47,411 nt of DNA from Elusimicrobiota bacterium (GCA_043819795.1 JBDREN010000131.1:1-47411); one strand, 5' to 3'; shown: positions 9,411 to 17,875, numbered from the stretch's first letter. Numbers and translations: made by a program. The notes: generated by a model not told the origin, from the sequence alone.

Positions 9411-10388
9411 ATGCGGAAGAGCGTCCTGAAATGGAGCCTGGGGCTCGTGTTGGTCCTGGCCGCGCCGGCCGCCAACGCCGGACCGGAAGGCGTCCGGCAC
9501 GGCGCCCCCGCCGGAGACGGCCTTGATTTTCCTTCCGAGATCCGTCTCAAAGCTGAGACCGATCGCTACAGTCACTTCGAAGTGAGCTTCCCCTCCGCGC
9601 GGAAGAGCCCGTTTCCGGTCAACGACACGGTTTGGGGGCATCTCTACCTGCCGCGGATCCCGCCCTGGGTCTCCCCGCCCGATGGCGGGCGGGGGCTTCC
9701 CCCGTGCGTGCTGGTTCTCCCGGTCATGGCTGCGCCCAACGTCTGGATCGAGATGCGCTTCGTGCACGCCTTCCTGCGTCGCGGGCTCGCCGTGATGTGG
9801 ATCGAGATGCCCTACCAGTTCCACCGGCGGCCGCACCCATCCATCCCGAGCGGGCAAGTCTTCCTCGCCCGGACGGCGCGGCGTCTGGGAGAAAACTTCC
9901 GGCAGTCGATCGCGGACGCGCGCCGTTCGATCAGCTGGCTGCGGGGCTCCGGGCTCGTGGACGGCGGGCGCATCGGGCTCTTCGGCATCAGCCTCGGGGC
10001 GGCCGTCGGCGCGGCGGCGTACTCCGTGGACAGCCGCCCGCGCGGAGCCGTCTTCGCTCTGGGGGGGGCGGACTTCCCTGACCTGGTGTTCCGCAGCTCC
10101 ATGACGGGCCCCTTCCTCAAGAAGAGCGGCATCCGGGAGGAGGAGTTGCGCGAGGCCTGGCGCGGGATCGATCCCATGGAGTACCGGGAGGAGAACCGCG
10201 GCAAACCGGTGGTCCTCGTCAACGCCCGCGGCGACAGCGTGGTCCCGCCCGAGAACGCGCGGCGCTTGAAGGAGGCCTTCCCCGACGCGCGCCAGCTCTG
10301 GGTGCCCTGGGGCCACTACAGCGCGCTGCTCCACTTGACGTGGATGCCTTCCTACGCCGCCCGCCAGTTCAGCCGGCTGCTGCGTTAG
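9411..10388 (+). CDS. Secreted alpha/beta-hydrolase
   Basis: Signal MRKSVLKWSLGLVLVLAAPAA; nucleophile elbow GISLG; Asp in NARGDSVVP; His in WGHY. Confidence 0.85.
   Translation: MRKSVLKWSLGLVLVLAAPAANAGPEGVRHGAPAGDGLDFPSEIRLKAETDRYSHFEVSFPSARKSPFPVNDTVWGHLYLPRIPPWVSPPDGGRGLPPCVLVLPVMAAPNVWIEMRFVHAFLRRGLAVMWIEMPYQFHRRPHPSIPSGQVFLARTARRLGENFRQSIADARRSISWLRGSGLVDGGRIGLFGISLGAAVGAAAYSVDSRPRGAVFALGGADFPDLVFRSSMTGPFLKKSGIREEELREAWRGIDPMEYREENRGKPVVLVNARGDSVVPPENARRLKEAFPDARQLWVPWGHYSALLHLTWMPSYAARQFSRLLR
9465..9514 (+). repeat. Palindromic repeat family A, copy 4 (3'-truncated)
   Basis: Encodes PAANAGPEGVRHGAPAG in-frame right after the hydrophobic signal core. Confidence 0.9.
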
Positions 10389-10407
10389 CCCGGATTCCCC
10401 GGCTCCC

Positions 10408-11343
10408 CTATTTTTTCAGGTATTTCTGGAGCAGAGCGGGGTCCATCCCCTCGGGGATCTGCGGTTGCCGGGAGTCCTTCGAGGATTCTTCGCGGTCCGA
10501 TGAGGAGCCGAAGCCCGAGAACCCCTTCGTCGGCTTCAGCTTCGGCTTCGCGCGAAGGGTCCTCTTCCTCCGGGTCCGGCGATCCGCCTTCTTGGGCGCC
10601 GAAGGATCGACTCCGGCGTATCGCAGCAGCTCGTCCGGGAGTCCCGAGCCCCGCCCGTAGAGCCGGACCATCTTAACGACGTTGGGGTCGCTTCCGTTCT
10701 CGAAGAACAGCTGCTCGAGCTTGGGGCCGTTCGTTTCGTCCCCGAGGAGCTTCTTGTTCACCGCGCGCAACGCGGGCGTATTCTTCCGCTTTCTCAGCAT
10801 GTCGTGGAAGGCGCTCGATTTGTTCAGCAGACGGAGGAAGGCCTTGAAGTCCTTGTCGCCGTCGTAGCGGTCCGCGATCGCCTTCAGGTTCCTGTCGCCG
10901 AGGAACTCGTTGTACCAGCGCGGCTGCATCTCGTGGACGGTGTCGACGACTTTCTGCATGAGGACGCGGATCGCGGCGTTGGTCAGCCGCTCGGGGACGC
11001 TTTGGACGTCCTGCTTGAGCTGCTGCACGAGCGACTTCGCGTCGCCGGACTCCGCGGCCTTTCTGGCCTCGGCCGAGGAATCCCCCCCGGTCGAGCTGCC
11101 GGCGAAGGACGCGCTCTTCTGGACGAAGGTCAAAGACGACTGCTGCTGCGACGGGGCCTGCGGCGCGTGGGCCGCAGGCGCGGCTTTCGTCTGGAAGGTG
11201 GGAGGCGCGGACGCCGCGACCGGCGATCCGCCTTCGGGCTTGCCTGCGCCGGACGGCTTGAGCCCCACGAACAGGACCCCCAGCGCGCCGAGGGTCATCA
11301 GCCCGAAAAGGACGAGAAGAATCGCGGTCGATTTATTGTCCAT
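10408..11343 (-). CDS. Single-pass membrane-anchored hypothetical protein (paralog of the neighbour)
   Basis: N-terminal TM, low-complexity linker, helical domain EFLGDRNLKAIADRYDGDKD...; sigma70-like promoter immediately upstream. Confidence 0.8.
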   Translation of the reverse strand: MDNKSTAILLVLFGLMTLGALGVLFVGLKPSGAGKPEGGSPVAASAPPTFQTKAAPAAHAPQAPSQQQSSLTFVQKSASFAGSSTGGDSSAEARKAAESGDAKSLVQQLKQDVQSVPERLTNAAIRVLMQKVVDTVHEMQPRWYNEFLGDRNLKAIADRYDGDKDFKAFLRLLNKSSAFHDMLRKRKNTPALRAVNKKLLGDETNGPKLEQLFFENGSDPNVVKMVRLYGRGSGLPDELLRYAGVDPSAPKKADRRTRRKRTLRAKPKLKPTKGFSGFGSSSDREESSKDSRQPQIPEGMDPALLQKYLKK

Positions 11344-11350
11344 TCACCCC

Positions 11351-11379
11351 AGTATGGCCTCCAAAACCGCGGCTGTCAA
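11351..11379 (-). promoter_or_regulatory. sigma70-type promoter
   Basis: TTGACA-17 nt-CATACT, with ATG 7 nt downstream. Confidence 0.75.
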
Positions 11380-11392
11380 TGACCCCTACGAC

Positions 11393-12208
11393 TCACCGCA
11401 AGGGGACGGGCGCGGCCTCCTCCCTGTCGAGGTACTTCTTGAGAGCCGGGTTGTCCCCGATCCGGCCTCGCGTCTCAGAGCCCTCCCGCCGCGGGTCCGG
11501 GGACTTGCTCCGCGCGGACTTGATCATATCGCGGACGCCCAGGTCCTGGGCGGCCGCGCTGACGTCGGCGTTCTCCATGAAGATGCCGGCCGAGCGGAGC
11601 ACCGCCGGAGCGGCGAGCGCCTCCTTAATGAAGTCCTGGATGTCGGGACGGCCGAGGTACTTCTTCACCAGCTTCGGAAAGTTGGGAGATGTGACCGTGC
11701 CGGCGATCAGCCGGATCGCGTCCTGGTCCTTTTTGTATCGCTCGTTGACCGCGTGGAGGTCGGGATAGGAATGGAAGTCCCGCTTGTACTCCTTGATGAC
11801 CTTCGAGTTCTTGAACCGGGGGGATCTCTTCAACTTCTGGAAGAAGCGCACCGCCTCGGAGATCCTGCGGCTCCTCTTCTCGGAGTCCCCGGTATTCGGC
11901 GACGCGCCGGCCGCCTTCCGGCCGGGGGCCCGCGTTCCGCTTGGGGCCTGGCCCGGGAGGCCCCCCCGCTCCTTGACTACGTAGCTCTCCGGGCCCCTCG
12001 GGACCGAGGCTCGCCGCTCGGACGGGAGGGCCGACGGCGTCGCGTGATGGTCCGGAGTCCGCGCGATGTCGAAACCGGAAGTGTCGACTTCCGCCTGCCT
12101 GCCCTGATACCAGTGCCAACCCCAGATGATCAGACCGATGTCGACGAGCACGACGACCAGCAGCAGAAGCTGTCCGGCGATGCTTTTTTGCCGGCTTTGT
12201 TGATGCAA
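11393..12208 (-). CDS. Single-pass membrane-anchored hypothetical protein (paralog of the neighbour)
   Basis: TTG start with GGAG upstream; TM LLLLVVVLVDIGLIIWGW; helical domain DFHSYPDLHAVNERYKKDQD... Confidence 0.75.
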   Translation of the reverse strand: MHQQSRQKSIAGQLLLLVVVLVDIGLIIWGWHWYQGRQAEVDTSGFDIARTPDHHATPSALPSERRASVPRGPESYVVKERGGLPGQAPSGTRAPGRKAAGASPNTGDSEKRSRRISEAVRFFQKLKRSPRFKNSKVIKEYKRDFHSYPDLHAVNERYKKDQDAIRLIAGTVTSPNFPKLVKKYLGRPDIQDFIKEALAAPAVLRSAGIFMENADVSAAAQDLGVRDMIKSARSKSPDPRREGSETRGRIGDNPALKKYLDREEAAPVPLR

Positions 12209-12242
12209 TGCGATCTCTCCGGGTTCGGGGGGGTATCCATTC

Positions 12243-12271
12243 AGTATTGCGCGGGCGCCGGGCATTGTCAA
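12243..12271 (-). promoter_or_regulatory. sigma70-type promoter
   Basis: TTGACA-17 nt-AATACT. Confidence 0.6.
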
Positions 12272-12345
12272 GCCGAAGAGCCGAAGAACCGGCGTCAGTA
12301 TGCTTCGAGTCCCGGGACCGGGCTTTGTTGTATAATGGGCGCGCT

Positions 12346-13842
12346 GTGAACGAGCATACAGCGACCCGAGATCGCGGCACCGCGCTTCGCAAGGCCTTTT
12401 GGGGCGCATTCCGCTGGCCTCTGCTGGTCTTTTTGGGATTGTCCTGCGCCGCGCGCGCGCACGCCGCGGTATTCAACGACGTCCTCCCCGGCGCCCGGCC
12501 CATGGGCATGGGCATGGCCTACACGTCCGTTTCCGACGACCCCTTCGGGATGTTCTATAACCCGGCGGGCCTGGCGCAGAGCCCGTTCGCGCAGGTCGGC
12601 GGCAGCGTCGGGCGGATGATCTCCCCGGTCGGGATGCTGTCGTTTCATACCGCGGTCTACACCCGTCCCTTTCCCGTGCTGCCCGGATCCACGGTCGGCG
12701 CCGGGCTGTTCCGCCTGAGTCAAAAGGACAATATCGGAAAGACGTTCTCTTCCGTGACTGTCAGCTCGGCGGCCGTAAGCACGACGACGGTGACCTCTGG
12801 TTCTCCGGGCGGGGGGGGCGACAAGACCGTATTCTTGCTGCATTTCTCTCACGCGATCCAGATGCGTCAGTTTTATCTGAAGAAGCCGCTGAAGGTCGGC
12901 GGGAATTTCAAGATCGTCCAGGCGAACGCTCCGTCCCCTAAGGGGAACAAGGTCGGCCTGGGCGTGGACATGGGGGCCTTGATGGACGTGGGCTGGGGGG
13001 TGGAAGTGGGGGCCTCGCTCACCGACCTCACCACCAAGCTCGAGGTCGATAACCCCTCGTTTAATCTCGGCGCCTCGTACCGCTGGCGCCGGCGCCTGAC
13101 GTTCGCGAGCGACTTGCGCATCCGGCCGGGCCTGACGGAGCTCTATCCCGGCGTCGAGTTGGACTTCTACCAGAGGCTGCTCAAGCTTCGCGTCGGCAAG
13201 GGCCTGCCGCTTGACGGCGTGAGCCAGGTCTCCTTTGGGGCGGGGGCGAACTTCTCCCCGCTCATCGTCGATTTTGGGATGACGTTCCCCTGGCAGGGAA
13301 TGACCCGCACCGCGGGAGCCTATCAGCTGTCGATCAACTACAGGTTCGGGGCCCCGGCCTTCTACGGGAGGTTCATCGGGACCGCCGCGAGCGAGGCGGA
13401 GGACCTCCGTTCCGAGATCCTCGAGCTCGAGCGCAGCAGGAAGGACATGGAGGCCCGGACCGCCGCTGCCGAGGCCGACAAGACGAGCCTGGAGGGCCAG
13501 ATCTCGGCGGAGGAGCGGCGCCTGCGCGACCTGCAGGAGCGGTACCGGCAGCTTGAGGAGCAGGTCGACCGCCTCGAGTACGATGTCGGACATCCGGAGC
13601 CGGAGCCCACTATCAAGGCCGAGCCGGTCCCGAAGCCCAAGAGCAAGCAGAAGCCTAAGGCGAATGGGCCTCGCTTCCCGCTGCGGCACGAGGTCCGGGC
13701 CGGGGACACGCTCCGCTCGCTGGCCGAGAAGTACTACAAGGACCCCACGCTCTGGGAGCTTATCTATGAGGCCAACCCCGACAAGGTCGAGCGGGGGCTG
13801 CCCGTGGAGGGGGCCGTGCTGAGCATCCCGGCGCCGCGCTGA
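12346..13842 (+). CDS. PorV/PorQ(FadL)-like outer-membrane barrel + coiled coil + C-terminal LysM
   Basis: GARPMGMGMAYTSVSDDPFGMFYNPAGL N-terminal signature; barrel ending YQLSINYRFG; ~80-aa heptad region; LysM HEVRAGDTLRSLAEKYY...WELIYEAN. TATAAT at 12331-12336 precedes GTG 12346 (start inferred). Confidence 0.85.
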   Translation: MNEHTATRDRGTALRKAFWGAFRWPLLVFLGLSCAARAHAAVFNDVLPGARPMGMGMAYTSVSDDPFGMFYNPAGLAQSPFAQVGGSVGRMISPVGMLSFHTAVYTRPFPVLPGSTVGAGLFRLSQKDNIGKTFSSVTVSSAAVSTTTVTSGSPGGGGDKTVFLLHFSHAIQMRQFYLKKPLKVGGNFKIVQANAPSPKGNKVGLGVDMGALMDVGWGVEVGASLTDLTTKLEVDNPSFNLGASYRWRRRLTFASDLRIRPGLTELYPGVELDFYQRLLKLRVGKGLPLDGVSQVSFGAGANFSPLIVDFGMTFPWQGMTRTAGAYQLSINYRFGAPAFYGRFIGTAASEAEDLRSEILELERSRKDMEARTAAAEADKTSLEGQISAEERRLRDLQERYRQLEEQVDRLEYDVGHPEPEPTIKAEPVPKPKSKQKPKANGPRFPLRHEVRAGDTLRSLAEKYYKDPTLWELIYEANPDKVERGLPVEGAVLSIPAPR

Positions 13843-15065
13843 TGGCGGTCGTCGCCGTCGTCGCCGCCGACGAGAAGTCCCGGAGCGAGCTGCGGCTCGC
13901 GGTGGAGGAGCTCGGGCACCGCGCCGCGTCCGCCTCCGACCTGAAGGCCGGTCTCGAGCTTCTGCGCAGCGAACGGCCGCGGGCGATGCTAGTCGCCCAG
14001 GACCCCTCGGAGACGGTCGCGGAGTCCGCCCTCGTCGAGCTCGAGCGGGAGGCGCCGCTCATGCCGGTGGTCGTGGCCCTCACCAAACGCGACGCCCCGC
14101 GGGCGCTGGAGCTGCTCAAGGCCGGGGCCTTCGAGGTGATCGCTCCACCGTGGACCCCCGAGAACCTGACGGCGTGCCTCTCGAAGGCTCTGCGCTTCAA
14201 GGGCACGGCTTTCGAGGTGATGCGGCCGCCGGAAACGTCGAAAGGGGTATGGTTCTATTTCCTGATGACGCTTGTGCTGTTCACGATCGCCGTGGGCTAC
14301 GCCACGATCGAGCGGCGCCGGCGCCTGGTCCGGATCGCCGAAATGGAGGCGCCCCCGACGCAGTGGGAGCTGCCGTACGCGCACCCCGCCGGGCTCGCGT
14401 TCGACGGCGAGGAGTTCTGGATCACGGACTGGTTCTCCCAGACCCTTTACCGCCACGCCCGTGGGGGCCTCCGCGTGGTGCGCACCCGGCATCTTCCCAG
14501 CGAGGTCCCGGGCGCTGTGGCCTTCGCCGGCGACGCGCTCTGGGTCGCCGGAGCCCCGGCCGGCCTCGCCAAGCATATGCTCGACGACCGGCTCACGATC
14601 CTCGAACGGATCAAGGACGAGGCGGCGCGGACGGTCGGAATGGCCTACGACGGGCTTTATCTTTGGACCTGCGACAATAAGAAGGGGCGGCTCCACAAGA
14701 GGATCCTCGATGAGGAGCTTTCGGTGGTGGCCAGCTACGGCTATCCGGGCTCCCGTCCGGCCGCGCTGGCCTTCGACGGGCGCGGGCTCTGGTCGCTCGA
14801 CGCCGGCAACCGCGAGCTTTTGCGCCACGACCTCGCGGAGCCGGAGCGCGTGACGCTGCGCCTGCCCCTTCCGGAATACGGCTCCGGAGACTGGAGCCCG
14901 ACCGGGCTCGCGTTCGACGGCGAGCGCTTCTGGACCGTGGCCGAGCCCCGGCCGGGTCCCTCCACCGGGCGGCACGCGGGGAATGCCGGGAAGGGGGCGG
15001 GAGCCGGACGCATCTTCGCCCACCGGGTCCCCGAAGAGGTCCTCCGGAAGATCCTTCGGCCATGA
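13842..15065 (+). CDS. Receiver-like domain + TM + extracytoplasmic beta-propeller
   Basis: REC fold pattern (VAVVAADE...RPRAMLVAQ...PVVVALT...GAFEVIAPPW) without the phospho-acceptor Asp or the conserved Lys. TM VWFYFLMTLVLFTIAVGYA. Repeats of GLAFDG.FW type. Confidence 0.8.
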   Translation: MAVVAVVAADEKSRSELRLAVEELGHRAASASDLKAGLELLRSERPRAMLVAQDPSETVAESALVELEREAPLMPVVVALTKRDAPRALELLKAGAFEVIAPPWTPENLTACLSKALRFKGTAFEVMRPPETSKGVWFYFLMTLVLFTIAVGYATIERRRRLVRIAEMEAPPTQWELPYAHPAGLAFDGEEFWITDWFSQTLYRHARGGLRVVRTRHLPSEVPGAVAFAGDALWVAGAPAGLAKHMLDDRLTILERIKDEAARTVGMAYDGLYLWTCDNKKGRLHKRILDEELSVVASYGYPGSRPAALAFDGRGLWSLDAGNRELLRHDLAEPERVTLRLPLPEYGSGDWSPTGLAFDGERFWTVAEPRPGPSTGRHAGNAGKGAGAGRIFAHRVPEEVLRKILRP

Positions 15066-15318
15066 AGGTCGACTCGTCGCGCTTCATCGCTCTGTGTCGC
15101 GTCCCTCCGCCGCCCGGCGGACCGGTAGTCCGCCAGGGGGGCGTCGGATCCCCTCGCTCCGGAGAGGATAGAACGCTTTCGACGGAGCCTCCGCTCGGCC
15201 GCTCTCCAAGGGGGGCTCCGCCCCCCGTTTCATCGGCGCTCGCCTTTCGCCCTTCGGGCGACGGCTCGCTGAACCCCCCGAAGAGGAAGCGATGAGGGTC
15301 GATTCGTCGCGCTTCATC
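15062..15318 (+). repeat. 27-bp direct repeat (15062-15088 / 15292-15318) flanking a structured insert (230-bp period)
   Basis: ATGAAGGTCGACTCGTCGCGCTTCATC vs ATGAGGGTCGATTCGTCGCGCTTCATC (25/27). Interior hairpins at 15106-15148, CGGAGCC...GGCTCCG and TCGCCC-TTC-GGGCGA. Confidence 0.85.
15095..15134 (+). repeat. Repeat family B, copy 1
   Basis: TGTCGCGTCCCTCCGCCGCCCGGCGGACCGGTAGTCCGCC; 35/40 identical to 32947-32986. Confidence 0.85.
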
Positions 15319-15603
15319 CCCGTATTGTTCGATTTCGCGGACGACGAGGCGCGGCAGCGTTGCTGGGGGCGCTTCCTCGAGCTGAGGGCCGACGGAGCGC
15401 GTCTCATCACGCGCTCGCTCGTCGAGCGGGGGTGGCGGCTGCGCCTGCGTTTCGACCTGCCCGGCGAATGGATCGAGGGCGTGCTCGCCGACGTCCGCGA
15501 CGCGGACCGCGACGAGGACGGCTACTACGTCTGCGACCTCAGGTTCGGCGCCGAAGAGGACCGGGTCCGCCTCGGCCGCGCGCTGCGCCGCATCCTCGTT
15601 TAG
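15292..15603 (+). CDS. Small PilZ-like domain protein
   Basis: 103 aa; GRFLELRADGARL, LRLRFDLPG and YYVCDLRF...DRVRL fit the PilZ beta-barrel pattern. The canonical RxxxR and DxSxxG motifs are degenerate. Confidence 0.6.
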   Translation: MRVDSSRFIPVLFDFADDEARQRCWGRFLELRADGARLITRSLVERGWRLRLRFDLPGEWIEGVLADVRDADRDEDGYYVCDLRFGAEEDRVRLGRALRRILV

Positions 15604-15676
15604 TCCTTGCGCCGGCCCTTCTCCCGGATCCTATTAGTGCGGACTATCCGAAGGCAATCCATGAGGAGTCAGCGCC

Positions 15677-15970
15677 TTGAATAAGTCGACACGGGCCCGG
15701 TTCTTCGACGATCGGACGACGGATTACGACCTCTCTGTCGGCGCGAAGGGCCGTTTGTTCCCGTTCGTCGGGTACGGGCGGGTTTTGGATGCGGTGGTCG
15801 GCCGGGCCGGGGCGCGCGCGCGAAAGGGGCCGTCTCCGATGGGCGGATCGGTGGGATGATGACGAGCACTATCGGGCGGCGGACGAGGCGGCGGCAGCCG
15901 AGACTTCGCGCGGCGTATTCCCGGGTGTCGAGCTGCGCCGGCGTCTTCGTGATCAAGCCCGGGGCTTCGA
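15677..15970 (+). pseudogene. Decayed class I SAM-dependent methyltransferase remnant
   Basis: GAGGAG RBS + TTG; N-terminus NKSTRARFFDDRTTDYDLSV...FPFVGYGRVLDAVV. The SAM-binding core is missing; C-terminal-like fragments WDDDEHY and SSCAGVFVI follow in other frames. Confidence 0.5.
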
Positions 15971-15974
15971 TCCG

Positions 15975-16364
15975 TCACTCCTCCGCGGTGACGGTGTAGC
16001 CGTTCTCTCTCAGAAGAACGACGTACTCATCGAAATCCTTGGAGCGCTCCAGCAACTCGCGCAGCCGGTTCTCTTCGCCGGGGACAAAGGCCTGGGCAGT
16101 CAGAAAAGGATGGCTTGGGGACTTGGCGCCGGGAGGCGGCAAGGCCGTGCTCAGCAGGCGCCCGGGTTCGTCCTTCATCCAAAGGACGCGAGTCCCCTGT
16201 CTATCGAAGACGTTCCAGCCTTTCTTCTCGTGCATCGTCTCTCCGCTGGCACCGGATGCATCGGCGGACTTCGCTGGTTTTGCGGGCGGGCGTGAACACC
16301 CGGCGCATGCCAGTAGGCACAATGCCGCGAGGCACGCCGCAATGGGATGAGTCCGGGCGCTCAT
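15975..16364 (-). CDS. Small lipoprotein
   Basis: Lipobox-like LLACAGC after a hydrophobic core; ATGA overlap with the upstream peptidase. Confidence 0.75.
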   Translation of the reverse strand: MSARTHPIAACLAALCLLACAGCSRPPAKPAKSADASGASGETMHEKKGWNVFDRQGTRVLWMKDEPGRLLSTALPPPGAKSPSHPFLTAQAFVPGEENRLRELLERSKDFDEYVVLLRENGYTVTAEE

Positions 16365-17824
16365 TTGCCGGCCGCTTTGGGCGGCCCGTACACCGCGTAC
16401 AAAAACTTGGCCATCTTCGGATGTTTCTCATGGAGCAAGGCCGGAGAAGTGTCGGCTCCCGTGTCGCTGGTGTAACCGGTGCTGAAATAGGCGCCCGTCG
16501 ATTCGGCGAAGTACTCCATATCGTTGGCATCGGCGTACCAGCCGAGCCCTGTCTTCGTCTCGGTGGCCATGGCCTCGCGATAGAGCTCCTTCGATCTGGG
16601 CAGTGAGCACGGTTCCCTTTGCTCGGCGTATGCGATCTTCGCCCCGGTCCAGGCCGTGATCCAATCCGGCCGGGTCAAGGGATGACTGCCCAGTCCCGCC
16701 CGGAATGCGCGGGCCGCGCTGACCGTGCGCGACAAAGGGCCGGGCTGTTCTATGGATTCCGGGGGCTCCTTCGGCAGGCCATGGAGTTGGACCGCGTGGC
16801 CGAACTCATGGACAAGCGTGTGAAGCGCCGGATATCCCTTTGAGTCGAGTCCGGTCGTCAACACAAGGTTCTCTTCTCCGACCGCGATCGCCGAGCCGTT
16901 CGGGAGGGGGGTGTCGCCGATCCCCCGGACTTCGTCCCACCGGCGTCCGTCGAAGGTCCGCTCCCCTTTGAGATAGGCGAAGGGGGGGAGGTCCACCAGC
17001 TTCTTGTCTTTCGGGATGATGTAGATATGAACCCCCGCGTCGATAAGGTTCTTCAAGACTTCGGGGTCGGCGTCCCGCAGCATGAGGCCGACCACCTCTT
17101 CCCCGTTCGCGACCGCGTCCCCGGAAACCCCATCCGCGACGATGCGTGACTGGATGAGTCGCACCCGCGCCTTCCGGCCGGCCGGTACGTCGGGCTTGAC
17201 GCCGGGCACCTTTTTGACGCGTAGATGTCCGGCGGGCTGGAGCGGAAGGTCCGGGTCGTCCGCGGGCCGAAGCCTGGATAACGCTCTCCTGACGCCGGAC
17301 GGTGATGAAATGCCTCCGGTCGTGGAACCAGCACGTTCCCCGTAAATGGCGCCTATGTCCCTGTTCTGTAGTTGCTTCCGGAAGCTGGCATCGATGGTCG
17401 CGATCAAGGCCGCGGAATTCTTCATCCCCCGTCGCTGATCGGGAACACCGGCTCGGTCTTTGCCGGAGGAGGGGCTGAGGGGCTTGGGGATCCGCGCTTT
17501 CCCCGGATTGCCTTCCGAACACAGGGCAGCCACCTTGTCGGCCGGCAAGAGGCCCGCCCTGATGGCGCGTGAGGATCCCTCAACGCACGCGGCGATGAAG
17601 CGATTGCGCGCCTCTTCCAGAGCTTCGGCGGGGCTCTTATGCTTCTCGCAGAGCGCGGCCCAGGAGCTGCGGGAAACGCTCCAGATATCCAAATATCCCG
17701 GGACTTGGTAGGCCTGGAGGCAACCGGAGTCGCGCGGCGGGGCCGGCTCGCCGGCGAGGCACGGGCTCCCAGCCGCGAAGACAAAGCAAAACAGGGCGCA
17801 CCACAACCTTGAGAGAGGGGACAA
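16361..17824 (-). CDS. Secreted zinc metallopeptidase with an ATLF/Pro-Pro endopeptidase-like C-terminal domain
   Basis: AGGAGG RBS + TTG; signal peptide; Cys-rich N-terminal domain; GRRWDEVRGIG, LVHEFGHAV (HExxH) and EYFAES (third zinc ligand). Confidence 0.8.
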   Translation of the reverse strand: MSPLSRLWCALFCFVFAAGSPCLAGEPAPPRDSGCLQAYQVPGYLDIWSVSRSSWAALCEKHKSPAEALEEARNRFIAACVEGSSRAIRAGLLPADKVAALCSEGNPGKARIPKPLSPSSGKDRAGVPDQRRGMKNSAALIATIDASFRKQLQNRDIGAIYGERAGSTTGGISSPSGVRRALSRLRPADDPDLPLQPAGHLRVKKVPGVKPDVPAGRKARVRLIQSRIVADGVSGDAVANGEEVVGLMLRDADPEVLKNLIDAGVHIYIIPKDKKLVDLPPFAYLKGERTFDGRRWDEVRGIGDTPLPNGSAIAVGEENLVLTTGLDSKGYPALHTLVHEFGHAVQLHGLPKEPPESIEQPGPLSRTVSAARAFRAGLGSHPLTRPDWITAWTGAKIAYAEQREPCSLPRSKELYREAMATETKTGLGWYADANDMEYFAESTGAYFSTGYTSDTGADTSPALLHEKHPKMAKFLYAVYGPPKAAGK

Positions 17825-17846
17825 AGCGACCTCCTACCTGGACCAT

Positions 17847-17875
17847 AGTATGGCCGGCACCGCCAGAGCTGTCAA
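17847..17875 (-). promoter_or_regulatory. sigma70-type promoter
   Basis: TTGACA-17 nt-CATACT, upstream of the AGGAGG RBS. Confidence 0.75.

Noticed and set aside
8019..10403. 14-bp inverted match GCCGGGGAATCCGG (8019-8032) / CCGGATTCCCCGGC (10390-10403) as an invertible segment
   Set aside because: Short and GC-rich, no invertase nearby, and inversion would break the barrel gene.
12740..12825. Ser/Thr-rich stretch (SSVTVSSAAVSTTTVTSGS) in the PorV-like barrel as a mobile insert or glycosylation tag
   Set aside because: No nucleotide-level repeat or palindrome found; low-complexity loops are common, and nothing here tests glycosylation.
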